Below, in pieces: positions 9,339 to 20,345 of a DNA stretch of 64,000 nucleotides. The stretch spans positions 1,344,001-1,408,000 of the forward strand of contig CP147779.1 of assembly GCA_037308085.1 (NCBI GenBank), written 5' to 3'. Made by a program: the position numbers and the translations under genes. This DNA is from Promethearchaeati archaeon SRVP18_Atabeyarchaeia-1 (GTDB lineage: Archaea; Asgardarchaeota; Atabeyarchaeia; Atabeyarchaeales; Atabeyarchaeaceae). Under the pieces are notes generated by a model. The model had not been told where the DNA came from, searched no databases, and worked only from the letters and a program-made list of their open reading frames with translations. The stretch's first letter is position 1. Each line of letters starts with the position of its first letter.

Positions 9339-10526
9339 CTAGACGCTAGTGAAAGCCTGCTCCAGATCAGCAATTATGTCTTCCGCGTCCTCGATCCCAA
9401 GTGACAGTCGGACCAACTGATCCTTTATTCCTGCCTTCTCCCGGTCTTGTGCACTTACAAAGTAGTGTGATGAGGTGACGGGCTGCGTAACAAGTGTCTC
9501 AGTTCCTCCAAGGGTGGGGGCGATAGTGCAAAGCTTTAGATTGTCAACGAATTTGACAGTGTTCTCCAAGTTTCCGTTGATCTCGAAACTCACGACTCCG
9601 CCAAATCCTTTCATCTGTTGTTCTGCAATCGCGTGTTGAGGATGGTTTGGCAGGCCTGGGTAGTAGACTTTCTTGACTCTGCTGTGCTTTTCCAGGTATT
9701 TTGCGACAGCCATGCCGTTGAAGTTGTGTCTCTCCATTCTCAAAGCCAGTGTCTTGAGTCCTCGTAACAGTAGCCATGCTGCATGCGGGTCAAGTGTTCC
9801 GCCCAGAGGCTTGCGCATCTCTCCAAGTTTGTGAATGAAATCATGATCGCCACAGACCACCCCTGCGGTAATGTCGTTGTGTCCTCCCAAGTACTTTGTC
9901 GCGCTGTGCAAAACTACGTCAACACCAAACTGCTTTGGCTTCAGATTGTAGGGTGTGGCGAAGGTGCTGTCAACTACAACCGTTAGCCCCCTCTTCTTGC
10001 CCATTTCTGCCGCACTGGCAACATCAAGTAGCTTCAAGGTTGGGTTTGTGGGGGTTTCGGCATAGACGACCTTAGTATTCTTCTGGATAGATGCCTTCAA
10101 CTCGTCAAGGTTTGCCGTATCAACAAAGCTAACTTCAATGCCAAGCTTGGGCAGTACGTTCTTGAAGAGCCCGATGGTTCCGCCGTAAAGGTCTCTGGTG
10201 GAAACGATATGGTCTCCTGAAGCCACCAAAGTCAGGATGGTTGTCGATATCGCCGCCATACCAGACGAGAATGCACAAGCATCTTCCGTGCCCTCGAGCT
10301 CCGCCATCTTTCTCTCAACAACTCTTACAGTAGGGTTGCTGAATCTCGTATAGACGTATCCCATTTTCTTTTCAGCCATGACATCTATAAGATCCCTAGT
10401 TTTGGAGTACGCGAAGACGGATGTCTCATAGACTGGCGTGGAGATCGCGCCAGTGGAAGGATCTGCCGCCTCTCCGGCATGAACTGCCTTAGTCGAGAAC
10501 CCCTTATCCTTGACCATCATTATCAT
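9339..10526 (-). CDS. Cys/Met metabolism PLP enzyme (cystathionine gamma-synthase / methionine gamma-lyase family)
   Basis: YTRFSNPT, SSGMAAI, ETPTNP, HSATKYLGGH, RLSLGIE. Confidence 0.92.
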   Translation of the reverse strand: MIMMVKDKGFSTKAVHAGEAADPSTGAISTPVYETSVFAYSKTRDLIDVMAEKKMGYVYTRFSNPTVRVVERKMAELEGTEDACAFSSGMAAISTTILTLVASGDHIVSTRDLYGGTIGLFKNVLPKLGIEVSFVDTANLDELKASIQKNTKVVYAETPTNPTLKLLDVASAAEMGKKRGLTVVVDSTFATPYNLKPKQFGVDVVLHSATKYLGGHNDITAGVVCGDHDFIHKLGEMRKPLGGTLDPHAAWLLLRGLKTLALRMERHNFNGMAVAKYLEKHSRVKKVYYPGLPNHPQHAIAEQQMKGFGGVVSFEINGNLENTVKFVDNLKLCTIAPTLGGTETLVTQPVTSSHYFVSAQDREKAGIKDQLVRLSLGIEDAEDIIADLEQAFTSV

Positions 10527-10725
10527 CTCTCAGGGAGAGTATTTCAGGACTTGTTTTCCCTACTCGCCCCAGTCCACACATTCTGATATTAAACCTTAAA
10601 TCTATTTAGCCAATGACGAAGCTGGAGGGTTCCTTATGAAAATCGATGGCAGGCAAGGTGCGTCTCATGTGAATGGGAAAACTAGAAATAGTCGCATACT
10701 TCTGTAGAAACTGGAGCTGGTAAGA

Positions 10726-11694
10726 ATGGGCAAGAGCAGTAAGCGACTTCTCGTGACCGGGTTGGATGTCATGGTTGACTGGCTTGGTCAATACGTAAAG
10801 AGCGCGGAAATAGTCTGCACGTCGGATGTCTCAGAAGAGAACCTAATCAGAATGACAAAAGACGTGGACGGCATCCTGTACATGCAGATCCGGAGTTACC
10901 CTATTACGAGAGCGATAATCGAAGCCGGATCTCGTCTCAAATTCATTCAATCCGCGGGCGTCGGATATGAACTCGTCGATCTCGACGCAGCTACCGAGAA
11001 CCTCGTCGTCGTAATGAATGCGCCCACGGCCAACACTGTATCAGTTGCGGAGCATACCGTCGCTTTGATCCTCGCGTCAGCTAAAAATATCCTGAAGGGC
11101 CACAAGTCGACGGTTGACGGCAACTGGCGCACGATGGACATGGGGGTGGAACTCTGGAAGAAGAACCTCGGAATAATAGGCTTCGGGAGAATAGGAAAGG
11201 AAGTCGCGAAAAGGATGAAAGGGTTCGAAATGGAACTTCTTGTTTGCGACCCTTATTTGAAGAAGGAGGAAATAGCAAAGGCGGGTGGCAGAAAGGTCGA
11301 TCTGCAGACCCTACTTAAGGAATCTGATGTGGTGGCAATACATAGTCCACTAACAAATGAGACCCGGCACATGATAGGCGAGAAGCAACTTTCTCTAATG
11401 AAGGATTCGGCGATCCTGGTGAACGCCGCGAGAGGCGAAATCATCGATGAGGAAGCGCTCTTTAAGGTTTTAAGCGAAGGAAGGATAAGGGGCGCCGCAC
11501 TCGATGTCTTCGAGAAAGAGCCAGTCGAAAAGGGCAATCCTCTTCTCCCATTGGATAATGTGGTTCTAACTCCCCACACTGCGGCTCAGACCCCGGAAGC
11601 ACTAACCAGAATGATGAAACTAAATGGCGAACAAGTCGAAAAGGCATTGAACGGAATCTATGAAAACGTCGTCAACCCAAAAGTGCTCCAATAG
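10726..11694 (+). CDS. D-isomer 2-hydroxyacid dehydrogenase (SerA-like)
   Basis: SVAEHT, GIIGFGRIG, NAARG, LDVFEKEP, TPHTA. Confidence 0.9.
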   Translation: MGKSSKRLLVTGLDVMVDWLGQYVKSAEIVCTSDVSEENLIRMTKDVDGILYMQIRSYPITRAIIEAGSRLKFIQSAGVGYELVDLDAATENLVVVMNAPTANTVSVAEHTVALILASAKNILKGHKSTVDGNWRTMDMGVELWKKNLGIIGFGRIGKEVAKRMKGFEMELLVCDPYLKKEEIAKAGGRKVDLQTLLKESDVVAIHSPLTNETRHMIGEKQLSLMKDSAILVNAARGEIIDEEALFKVLSEGRIRGAALDVFEKEPVEKGNPLLPLDNVVLTPHTAAQTPEALTRMMKLNGEQVEKALNGIYENVVNPKVLQ

Positions 11695-11852
11695 AGCCGA
11701 AAGCCGAATAAGGACTCGAACTGTTCAGATGGGTTGTATAGATATGCGCAATTGCCTCAGCAGGTCATTATTCCTGCGTTGACAATGAGATCCTTGAAGT
11801 GGACCACAAAGTCTATGAACTTGGACAACTCTGATACAACTGCTGAAGGACT

Positions 11853-12767
11853 ATGGACAAGACCGATATCTTCTTGGCACTATTTCTCATGGCAAACTCA
11901 AGAACTCCGTACAGCGATCTCGCTGAGAAACTGGGTCTATCGGTCAACGCGGTTCATAAGAGGATTCAAACGCTCCGGGAGTCCGGCATAATTAAGAGAT
12001 TCACAGCCACAATTAGCTTGTCGGCGTTAAAGGCCGTCAACATAATTGTTTTTGGCGGATCGGAGACACAGGTTGCGGACGAGGATATCAAGAAACTACA
12101 GGAAAACGATCGCATCTATTGGGTTGCTGTGGCTGGCGGCAACTACCTGTACGTAGGGGGATACCTTCGAAGTATTTCTGAGCTTGATCAATTTGTTGCC
12201 TTCGTCAAAACTGAAGCCAAGATAGCCGAACCTACGGTCGGCATAGTTGGGCAACGCGAGGCAAAAGTAACGAATCCAGAAGCCGCTATACAGAAGCTGG
12301 ACTATCGGATCATCTACGCCCTTCGGAACGACTCAAGAAGGGCAATTCCTGAAATCAGCGAGGAGCTTGGCGTGTCGGCCAAGACCATCCGCCGGAGACT
12401 TGCGCGGTTGATCAGCGAAGATCTCGTTGAATTGGGTTTGGAGTGGTATCCAGACAAGTCGAATGACATAATGACGACGATACACATAGAGCTGAAACCC
12501 TCAGCCAGCAAGGGCAATGCAATCTCACTCTTGACCAAGAAATACTCTCCTAATGTCCTCTTCTGCTTCGGGTTCAGTAACCTCCCCAACCTCCTCATCC
12601 CCTTCGTTTGGACAAACTCAATGAAGGAACTACAAGAGATTTCCAAAAGCATCCAAGGAGAAGAAGGTTTTGAGAGAATCGTTCCTCACGTTCTTTACAC
12701 AGGGTACATCTTCGACACATGGCGAGACAAGCTTGCTATCGAGAAAGGCGCATCCACAACTCAATGA
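11853..12767 (+). CDS. Tandem (duplicated) Lrp/AsnC-family transcriptional regulator
   Basis: Two HTH units: NSRTPYSDLAEKLGLSVNAVHKRI and DSRRAIPEISEELGVSAKTIRRR. Confidence 0.85.
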   Translation: MDKTDIFLALFLMANSRTPYSDLAEKLGLSVNAVHKRIQTLRESGIIKRFTATISLSALKAVNIIVFGGSETQVADEDIKKLQENDRIYWVAVAGGNYLYVGGYLRSISELDQFVAFVKTEAKIAEPTVGIVGQREAKVTNPEAAIQKLDYRIIYALRNDSRRAIPEISEELGVSAKTIRRRLARLISEDLVELGLEWYPDKSNDIMTTIHIELKPSASKGNAISLLTKKYSPNVLFCFGFSNLPNLLIPFVWTNSMKELQEISKSIQGEEGFERIVPHVLYTGYIFDTWRDKLAIEKGASTTQ

Positions 12768-12950
12768 ATCCAGCGAGACTTGAGAAGCACTCTGTGATCT
12801 ACCAAAATGCTCAATTTGTGAGCCAAGTGTGTTAAATAGTGGACCTTTCGATTCAGGGTTCCTACTCCTTCTTACCTCTGCTTGTTGACAAAAGCATAAC
12901 TGCATGCTCGTCCAACTACTAACCAATGACAATGTAAGGAGGAAAATGAA

Positions 12951-13754
12951 GTGGTAGAAACAATACTCTCCGAGGACTCAGGCGAACATGAAACAAGGAA
13001 GCGACCATCAAGTGAAATGGCGATAGTCCTCAAGAACCTCACTAAGAAATATGAAGACGTCACTGCCTTGGACAGACTTAGCTTGCAGGTTGAAAACGGG
13101 GAACTCTTTGGATTGCTCGGACCAAATGGGGCAGGCAAAACAACTACAATTAACATTCTATGCGGTCTACTGAAGCCAACGAGCGGCTCAGCAAGCGTGG
13201 GCGGCTATGATGTTCAAAAAGGGCAGAACAAGATCAAGGAACTGATAGGTGTAGCACCACAACAAACAGCAGTATACCCCTCTCTTACCGGAAGAGAGAA
13301 CGTGGAGCTATTTGCAGACCTTCATCTGATGCCAAAGGACGGACTGAAGAAGCGGGTAGATGAGCTCCTTGAAAAAGTAGGCATGACGAATGATGCAAGG
13401 AGACGCGTTGGGAAGTACAGCGGAGGAATGACGCGCCGGATAAGCCTCGCAATGGCCTTGATCCACGATCCAGAAATAGCCTTTCTCGATGAGCCCACGG
13501 TCGGCATGGATCCTCAATCCCGACACGCAGTCTGGGACTTCATAAGGGAGCTCAAGAGGAAAAACAGGACAGTGATCCTGACGACGCAGTACATGGAAGA
13601 AGCTGAGGCACTTTGCGACAGAGTTGCCATAATAGACCATGGCAGGCTGATCGCACTCGGAACAGCCAAGGAACTTGAAGACAAGTATAGGGCGAAAGAC
13701 TTGGAAGAGGTGTTCCTTCAACTAACTGGCAGAAGAATGAGGGAGGGATTATGA
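12951..13754 (+). CDS. ABC-2 exporter ATP-binding subunit (DrrA-like)
   Basis: GPNGAGKT, YSGG, LDEPT. Confidence 0.92.
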   Translation: MVETILSEDSGEHETRKRPSSEMAIVLKNLTKKYEDVTALDRLSLQVENGELFGLLGPNGAGKTTTINILCGLLKPTSGSASVGGYDVQKGQNKIKELIGVAPQQTAVYPSLTGRENVELFADLHLMPKDGLKKRVDELLEKVGMTNDARRRVGKYSGGMTRRISLAMALIHDPEIAFLDEPTVGMDPQSRHAVWDFIRELKRKNRTVILTTQYMEEAEALCDRVAIIDHGRLIALGTAKELEDKYRAKDLEEVFLQLTGRRMREGL

Positions 13755-13755
13755 T

Positions 13756-14904
13756 TTGAAGCTTCGACGAATCAGCTCACTAGCAAGGAAGGATCTGAAG
13801 ACAACGCGGCGAGAACCGGCAGCACTTTTCATGGTCTTCTTATTCCCCGTCGTTCTTACGCTGGCATTCGGATCAGCTTTTGGGGCAATTGGAGGGGCTC
13901 AGTCGACCACTTATCAGATTGGCGTCAACAACCTTAACGCTGGAGCGCCACACGCTGAATGGGCCAATTATCTCATGGGAAACCTTACGGCAACTGGCAT
14001 ATTGAACATACAGCCCTATACATCCAATCGGACGGCGCAAGATGACCTGATTCAAGGAAAGATCTCAGCATATCTCATTATTCCCGCCAACTTCGGAGAA
14101 AGCTGCAGTTCCTTCTGGAGTGCACCAGGGAACTCAAGTGCATGGACCAACACGACAGTCCCCTTGTACTTGGATAGCGGTTCGATGTTCGCGACTCAGG
14201 CAATTCCGCCCATAGTGCAGCAAGCCCTAGTCAAGACCATCTACGGGAACCAGCCCAGTGCTCCGTCGGGACCAGTCAACATAGGCGTTCCATCTCTCGT
14301 GAGCGCCGTCAAGTTTACCGAATTCGACTACATGGCGCCCGGCCTGTTTGCTTTTGCCGCGATCTTTCTAATAATGATAGTTGCGCAGTCGCTCGTGGTC
14401 GAGCGCGAGACAAAGCTGTTGAGCCGGATCAATACAACACCAACCACTGCCGGGGACGTGGTGGTGGGCAAGGCTATTTCGAGCATGGTCTCGGGACTAA
14501 TTCAGGTCGCCCTAGTTTTTGCGATGGCTTTCGTTATCGGGTACCACCCACTGGGAGACGCGACTAGCTTGGGATTTGCCTTTATTATCATGGCAGTCTT
14601 CCTGCTGTGCTGCGTCGGATTCGGCATGATTGCGGCCGCAATATCAAAGTCCTCTGGAGCTGCGACGGGTGTAGCATTCATATTCATCCTGCCATTGATG
14701 TTCCTCGGCACATACGTGCCGGTAGGCGGTGCAGCTCGAGCAGTTGTCCCCAGCAGCTACGTGACCGATGCCCTGACTTCGCTATTCCTAAGAGGAGCCC
14801 CCGTATCCAGTCCAACAATACTACTCGACTTGGCAGTCGTCTCCATCTACAGCGTGGCATTATTACTAATCGGCATACTACTGTTCAAGAGAACCAGCAA
14901 ATGA
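13756..14904 (+). CDS. ABC-2 exporter permease
   Basis: Six TM helices with extracellular loop, ERE...RINTTP motif, follows the ATPase. Confidence 0.9.
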   Translation: MKLRRISSLARKDLKTTRREPAALFMVFLFPVVLTLAFGSAFGAIGGAQSTTYQIGVNNLNAGAPHAEWANYLMGNLTATGILNIQPYTSNRTAQDDLIQGKISAYLIIPANFGESCSSFWSAPGNSSAWTNTTVPLYLDSGSMFATQAIPPIVQQALVKTIYGNQPSAPSGPVNIGVPSLVSAVKFTEFDYMAPGLFAFAAIFLIMIVAQSLVVERETKLLSRINTTPTTAGDVVVGKAISSMVSGLIQVALVFAMAFVIGYHPLGDATSLGFAFIIMAVFLLCCVGFGMIAAAISKSSGAATGVAFIFILPLMFLGTYVPVGGAARAVVPSSYVTDALTSLFLRGAPVSSPTILLDLAVVSIYSVALLLIGILLFKRTSK

Positions 14905-14917
14905 CAGCGAGGAATGG

Positions 14918-15289
14918 GTGTTGGGAAATACCAAGCTAATCGATCCCACAGCGCTGCTAGAAGAAGCGAAGGAGTCGGAACACAGAGAATCCTACATGCT
15001 CTTAGATAGAAACAAGAACTACCGTATTGGAGTTGGCGCTGAAGTTGCGCCCTCCAATCAGCCTTCTTTTTTCCTTGAGGTCCTCGTCTACCTTTGCCCT
15101 GAATCTGATAAGGTTGATCTACAGCTCTTAGAAAAGGCCTTGATGTTGCTGAAGGAACTCAAAAAAAGAGGATTCATGATGTGTTGCCAGGACTGCAATT
15201 GCGTATGTTGCCAAAGAATTGTGACTCCGGATGAACTAGTTGCCGAGTACGAGGGCATTGAGTCGATGATGAAAAAAGTGTACAAGTAA
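14918..15289 (+). CDS. Hypothetical protein with Cys cluster
   Basis: 123-aa ORF in operon context; MMCCQDCNCVCCQR. Confidence 0.65.
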   Translation: MLGNTKLIDPTALLEEAKESEHRESYMLLDRNKNYRIGVGAEVAPSNQPSFFLEVLVYLCPESDKVDLQLLEKALMLLKELKKRGFMMCCQDCNCVCCQRIVTPDELVAEYEGIESMMKKVYK

Positions 15290-15530
15290 GGTAATACGCG
15301 CTCTTCGGCTGATCGTCCTGCAACTGGGCTTGCTAGCGAAGAGCATTAATCAACGGCTCTCGAATGTGACCCGCAGTCGCCTAACTACTGCTCTTGGTAG
15401 ACAGTGCTGTAGAGTCCCATAGATTGGCGAGGAACTGGAAGCCTTAAGATACCCTATCTAACAGAGAGGATCTATGTCAACCGAAGTCGATATATTATCA
15501 AAAGTAGATAAGTGAGCATACGGACGTAAG

Positions 15531-16019
15531 GTGGAGGAGAAACAGGAATTGACCGGAGTGCTAGTAGTTTACGAAACAAAATACGGCAATACGAAGATCG
15601 TTGCGGAAGGAATTGTGGCGGGATTGAAGACTGGGAAAGGGCTAGAGGTGGATCTCAGGGAGCTAAAGGAAATCGACGTGAAAAGAATACCATCCTACGA
15701 CGCGATCTTAGTGGGTTCCCCGAACCACGTAGGAGGTCCCACGAGAGGAATCAAGAAGTTCATTGACCAACTTGGCAAACTTAACTTGAGCAGGAAGCAT
15801 GTGGCCGTTTTTGACACGTGTTCGGGGAATAGTAGTCGACCCAGCCAGATGCAGGCAGTCAAGAAAATGGAGAATAGCCTTACGCAGAAAGTCTCAGGAT
15901 TGAAATTAATCTCCCCAGGTTTGTCAATAAGAGTCAGCGGAATGAAAGGACCCATTATTAATGAGGATTTGGCTAAGTGCCAGGAATTCGGAAAAAGAAT
16001 AGCTGCAGAGCTCTCTTAG
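15531..16019 (+). CDS. Flavodoxin-domain protein
   Basis: YETKYGNT, VGSPNH, AVFDT. Confidence 0.85.
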   Translation: MEEKQELTGVLVVYETKYGNTKIVAEGIVAGLKTGKGLEVDLRELKEIDVKRIPSYDAILVGSPNHVGGPTRGIKKFIDQLGKLNLSRKHVAVFDTCSGNSSRPSQMQAVKKMENSLTQKVSGLKLISPGLSIRVSGMKGPIINEDLAKCQEFGKRIAAELS

Positions 16020-16750
16020 CCTGCTGCTTTCTTTATGACGCCGACGTAGGATGGTCCTTCGTCCAGACCGATGGTCTGCACTAGTTCTAGCCCGGCCTTT
16101 TCTGAAAGCATTTTCATCTCTTCTGGCGAAGCCAGAAGCAGGTTGAACCAGTCTCCAACTTCGCCGCCGTATTCCAGTCTTATAGTCACAAGTCCCACTG
16201 GCAACCCTCTTCTCCTGTTCGATTCGTGATACTTCAAGTGGTTCTCGTTGCTCGTGAGGGTAGGATGCAAAGACGACGCTAGAATACGTCCGTCAGGTCT
16301 CAGCACGCGATTTAATTCCGTAAGAAGTGTGGCAGTCTCCTTGTATCCTCCGCAGATGCCGAAGTTGTTAAACATGAGGATTATCGTGCCGAAGCAATTC
16401 ACTCTTAAAGGAAGCCACGGGGCAGCCGCAAGAATAGGCGCTTCAACTCCTCGTTTGCTTGCCACACGTATTGTGAGTGGGGATATGTCGACAGAAACCA
16501 CGACGTATCCTTTCGACTGAAGGTACAAGGAATGCCTACCTGCGCCGCATCCGACATCGAGTACTGGTTGTTGTACGAGATCCATCGCCAGCTTGTCAAC
16601 TTCAGGGAACTCCTCGAAGCCGGAGAGGTAGAACTTCGCATCTCTCTCATGATCTAGGTATCCGTCATCCCTGCGTACATCAATGGTGACATTCTTCCCC
16701 ATCCATGCATCTTTGATGGCTTTCCCAAAAACATCTTTTCTTCCCATCAA
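16016..16750 (-). CDS. Class I SAM-dependent methyltransferase
   Basis: VLDVGCGAGRHSL, DISP, NNFGI. Confidence 0.88.
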   Translation of the reverse strand: MMGRKDVFGKAIKDAWMGKNVTIDVRRDDGYLDHERDAKFYLSGFEEFPEVDKLAMDLVQQPVLDVGCGAGRHSLYLQSKGYVVVSVDISPLTIRVASKRGVEAPILAAAPWLPLRVNCFGTIILMFNNFGICGGYKETATLLTELNRVLRPDGRILASSLHPTLTSNENHLKYHESNRRRGLPVGLVTIRLEYGGEVGDWFNLLLASPEEMKMLSEKAGLELVQTIGLDEGPSYVGVIKKAAG

Positions 16751-16877
16751 GGTCTCCAGAACGTCACTGATACAAATTCAACGTTAAAAGCTTCGCCCCA
16801 ACATGAGGTCGCCGGCGCAGACAGAGCATGCTAAGAAGCGTGGAGAACTGGCTTACTCTGAGAAGCGGGATCAACTG

Positions 16878-17846
16878 CTACAGGAAGATTTTGTAGAGGA
16901 GTAGAACCAGAGACATTATCACTAACGATTGGGTAACCACGGTAATCCACTTTGGATTATGTGCAGCTAAATCGGTGATCTCGTCAGCAGTCGAGTCTTT
17001 CTGAGTTGCAGCATACTTCTTTGAAAGAGAATAGAGCCTCTTGTATTGCCTTAGCACGTACGCGTCGGCAACCACTATGGAGATCAGGAAGAAGTTCAGG
17101 ATCGGATAGGATCCATAGAACAGGACCAAGAAGAATGCCATTCCACAGAGTATCCCACCTACGCTCATCATCACAATACTCAGAAGAGAAGCCTTCACGA
17201 GACCCAGCCTTACCGTCATAGTCTTAACTCCCATTGGCTTGTCGCTGAAATAGTCTCGGATCTCTGTCGGTATGATCACGCTGTACACGGTCAAAGCTTG
17301 ACCAGCCAGGAAAATGATGAAGATGAGATTCAGCATGGGCGCGAACGTGTAGAATACGAATAGCATTGGAATGACGGAGAGGACGAGTATGATGGCGATC
17401 ATCTCCACCCAAGACCGCTTCTTCAGCCTTATCGGCGCGGTAGAATAGGCAAACGCCAAGAAGGTGCCAGCCACCCAGAGAAGAATAAGAGTGAACTTCC
17501 CCTCGATCTGGTACATGAGATATAAAGGGACCAAACTAAGCAGGAACTCGACAACTATGAATGCCTTGACTTTCCGCCTTCCCAGTTTGTCCATGGCGTC
17601 AATAATGTGCTTCTTCCGCTTATCTCTCAAATCGAGATCATAGTCTCCCAGCGTGTTCAGCTGGGCTCCAAAGGCAGAGATGAGAGATATCGTGAGAAAG
17701 CACAGGACTACAAGAATCGCTAGGTCCCAAGTGAAACTTATGTGTGGATTGACAGCCCAGGAGAACCCAAGGAAAAGTGAACCCAAGTTGGCCGGGAGGA
17801 ACTCGGGTCTGGAAACCGTGAATATCGAACCCTTCTTCTCGGACAT
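16878..17846 (-). CDS. UbiA-family prenyltransferase
   Basis: NTLGDYDLD, YSTAPIRLK, EIRDYFSD...KT, multiple TM helices. Confidence 0.85.
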   Translation of the reverse strand: MSEKKGSIFTVSRPEFLPANLGSLFLGFSWAVNPHISFTWDLAILVVLCFLTISLISAFGAQLNTLGDYDLDLRDKRKKHIIDAMDKLGRRKVKAFIVVEFLLSLVPLYLMYQIEGKFTLILLWVAGTFLAFAYSTAPIRLKKRSWVEMIAIILVLSVIPMLFVFYTFAPMLNLIFIIFLAGQALTVYSVIIPTEIRDYFSDKPMGVKTMTVRLGLVKASLLSIVMMSVGGILCGMAFFLVLFYGSYPILNFFLISIVVADAYVLRQYKRLYSLSKKYAATQKDSTADEITDLAAHNPKWITVVTQSLVIMSLVLLLYKIFL

Positions 17847-18009
17847 CGTTGGCTCCTCTCACAGCGGACTACTTCAGCTGGGATTAAAAATGTTTCTGAC
17901 ACGGCCTTCCTGAATTCGTCTTGAATCGTGGAGCAAATATCAATGGCACCTGAAAAAGTCCTGAGGAAGGTTAATCATCTAGTGAGCTCATTGATGGATC
18001 GGTGATTGG

Positions 18010-18753
18010 TTGGAGATCAACATCAGCCCTACAAAGGTTGAAGCTGGTCGCGCCGCCGCAGAAAAAGCAACTGTGATTCTCCGCAGTGCTTTGAGATCAA
18101 AACGAGTAGCTCGTTTTATTGCAGCCACTGGAGCATCACAGTTCGACTTTCTAGACTTTCTATGCAAATCGAAGGGAATAGATTGGGCTCGAACCGAGAT
18201 GTTCCACTTAGATGAATACATTGGACTTCCGGCGACTCATCCTGCCAGTTTCCGGAAGTACTTGATGGAGCGCCTTGTTAGGAAAGTGCGTCTAGGCAAA
18301 ACCCATCTCATCGAAGGCGATGCCCCAAACCCGAAGACTGAGCTCAAGAGAATTGGCGGACTGATCTCAAAGGAAGGAATCGATGTCGCCTTCGTGGGAA
18401 TAGGGGAAAACGGGCATCTCGCATTTAACGACCCACCAGCGGACTTTGACACGGAAAAGCCGTATATCATTGTGAAACTGGACGAGAAATGCCGAAAACA
18501 GCAAATCGGGGAAGGATGGTTCCACTCGATAGAGGAAGTCCCTAAGAGCGCAATATCCATGTCAATAAAGCAAATAATGAAGTCGGATGCCATAATCTGC
18601 ACGTGCCCGGATAAGCGAAAAGCCGAAGCCGTACGGGACTGTCTCTCAGTGGATGCGTCCGTGACACCGATGCACCCTTCATCTATTCTCAAGAAGCACC
18701 CAAGATCCTACATATTCCTGGACAAGGACTCCGCATCATTGCTCCAGAGATGA
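18010..18753 (+). CDS. nagB: Glucosamine-6-phosphate deaminase/isomerase family
   Basis: ATGASQ, FHLDEY, GIGENGHLAFNDP. Confidence 0.85.
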   Translation: MEINISPTKVEAGRAAAEKATVILRSALRSKRVARFIAATGASQFDFLDFLCKSKGIDWARTEMFHLDEYIGLPATHPASFRKYLMERLVRKVRLGKTHLIEGDAPNPKTELKRIGGLISKEGIDVAFVGIGENGHLAFNDPPADFDTEKPYIIVKLDEKCRKQQIGEGWFHSIEEVPKSAISMSIKQIMKSDAIICTCPDKRKAEAVRDCLSVDASVTPMHPSSILKKHPRSYIFLDKDSASLLQR

Positions 18754-18941
18754 AGGCTTCAAAGATCCTCAGGGTAACTACAGAAGTCAAAAGTCCAATC
18801 CAGAAGGAAAGACTCCACTGGATGGATTATTGCCTCTCATATTGAAGAATCCATTTTGTAGAAGGCTTTGTAAAGGATTAATAGGAAGCTCCCTAAATAG
18901 GATCAACTTGTGAGGGTCGAGAACAATTCGAAGGTGATTTC

Positions 18942-20081
18942 TTGGGCGCTGCAAGATTTGGGATAATTGGATGTGGAGCTGCGGCAGAGTTTCATTCTGC
19001 GGGTATCGAAGGGGCTGAGAATCCCAACCTTAGGTTCGTTGGCTGTTATGACGTAAACAGGGAAGTTTTGGAGACCTTCTCAAAGTCGAAGCGCATCCCT
19101 CCGTACGATAGCATGGAGAAGTTGCTTGAAAGCGACATAGATGCGGCGCTAATTCTTGTGCCCCATCATCTTCATGCGGTTATTACGAAAGCAGTAGCAA
19201 AAGCTGGAAAACACGTGTTAATTGAGAAACCAATGGCCATGACGCTCGAGCAGTGTGATGAAATGATCGCAGACACGAAGAGAGCTGGCGTGAAGTTCAT
19301 GATCGCTGAAAATCATCGTTTCCTCCCAGCGCACAAAGTCATCAAGGATGCTGTAGAACGCGGTTTGATTGGAGATGTGTTTCTTGGTCGCACATACGAG
19401 GGTGCCTTCTGCGATGCAAGTGAGTTTCTCGATCCAGACATCTGGCACTTTACGTACGACAAGGGTGGAGGCGGCGCCCTATTCGATCAAGGCCCCCACA
19501 AGATGGCGATGCTGAATTGGGTCCTCAATAGTGAAGTCGTGTCCGCCCAGTGCTGGCTCGGAAAGGCACTTGCTAGTCCGCCGACCAAGGGTGAGGACAG
19601 CGCGATGGTCTTCCTGCGATACAAGAATGGGGCTATGATCGATGTTGTGGTTTCATCAACGACAGTCCACCCACTAACAAACATCACTGAGCTGCATGGC
19701 ACAAAAGGCTCTATCTTTGAAGACCACTCATGGGAGCTACCCGTGAAGATCTATAGTAGTCAATCTGAAGCTGAGAAAATGTGTGAGTACTATAGTCCTC
19801 AGGTCGAGCATAGCCCGTTTCCTGGATACTACACAATAGCTGCTAGAGTCGAGGACACGTATTTCGCAGACTGCATCATGAACGATAAGGAGCCAGAATT
19901 CACTCCTCAGCAGGCTAAGGAAGCTGTCGCTGATGTCTACCTTGCATACTATGCGGCGAAGAAGGGGGAAGCAGCCACCATGGATGAACTGAAGCAATAC
20001 CTGAAGAAGCACGACTCGCTAAGTATAATGAAAGGAATGGACAAGGTAGTTCAGAAGAACAGCGAATTAATGAAATGGTAA
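18942..20081 (+). CDS. Gfo/Idh/MocA oxidoreductase
   Basis: GIIGCG, HVLIEKP, GGGALFDQGPH. Confidence 0.9.
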   Translation: MGAARFGIIGCGAAAEFHSAGIEGAENPNLRFVGCYDVNREVLETFSKSKRIPPYDSMEKLLESDIDAALILVPHHLHAVITKAVAKAGKHVLIEKPMAMTLEQCDEMIADTKRAGVKFMIAENHRFLPAHKVIKDAVERGLIGDVFLGRTYEGAFCDASEFLDPDIWHFTYDKGGGGALFDQGPHKMAMLNWVLNSEVVSAQCWLGKALASPPTKGEDSAMVFLRYKNGAMIDVVVSSTTVHPLTNITELHGTKGSIFEDHSWELPVKIYSSQSEAEKMCEYYSPQVEHSPFPGYYTIAARVEDTYFADCIMNDKEPEFTPQQAKEAVADVYLAYYAAKKGEAATMDELKQYLKKHDSLSIMKGMDKVVQKNSELMKW

Positions 20082-20345
20082 TGCACACATTCCATGATGA
20101 GAAGTTTGGAACTTCGTCGCATCGATTTCTGAAATATACTATTCGATTAGGGATAAGCATTTTCCGCTAGCCACCTTCTACTATCCACAGCCGATGTCTG
20201 CTCCGGCCATATTGAATTCACAGGCACTCCATATGAGTGCCCTAAATTTGGGCAAAACAGAAATTCGCCAGCTTAATATACTAGTGCCTAAGAGAAGTCA
20301 AGACTACGGTAGGGTCCCCTTCTTCGGAGGAGTGCAACAGTCATC

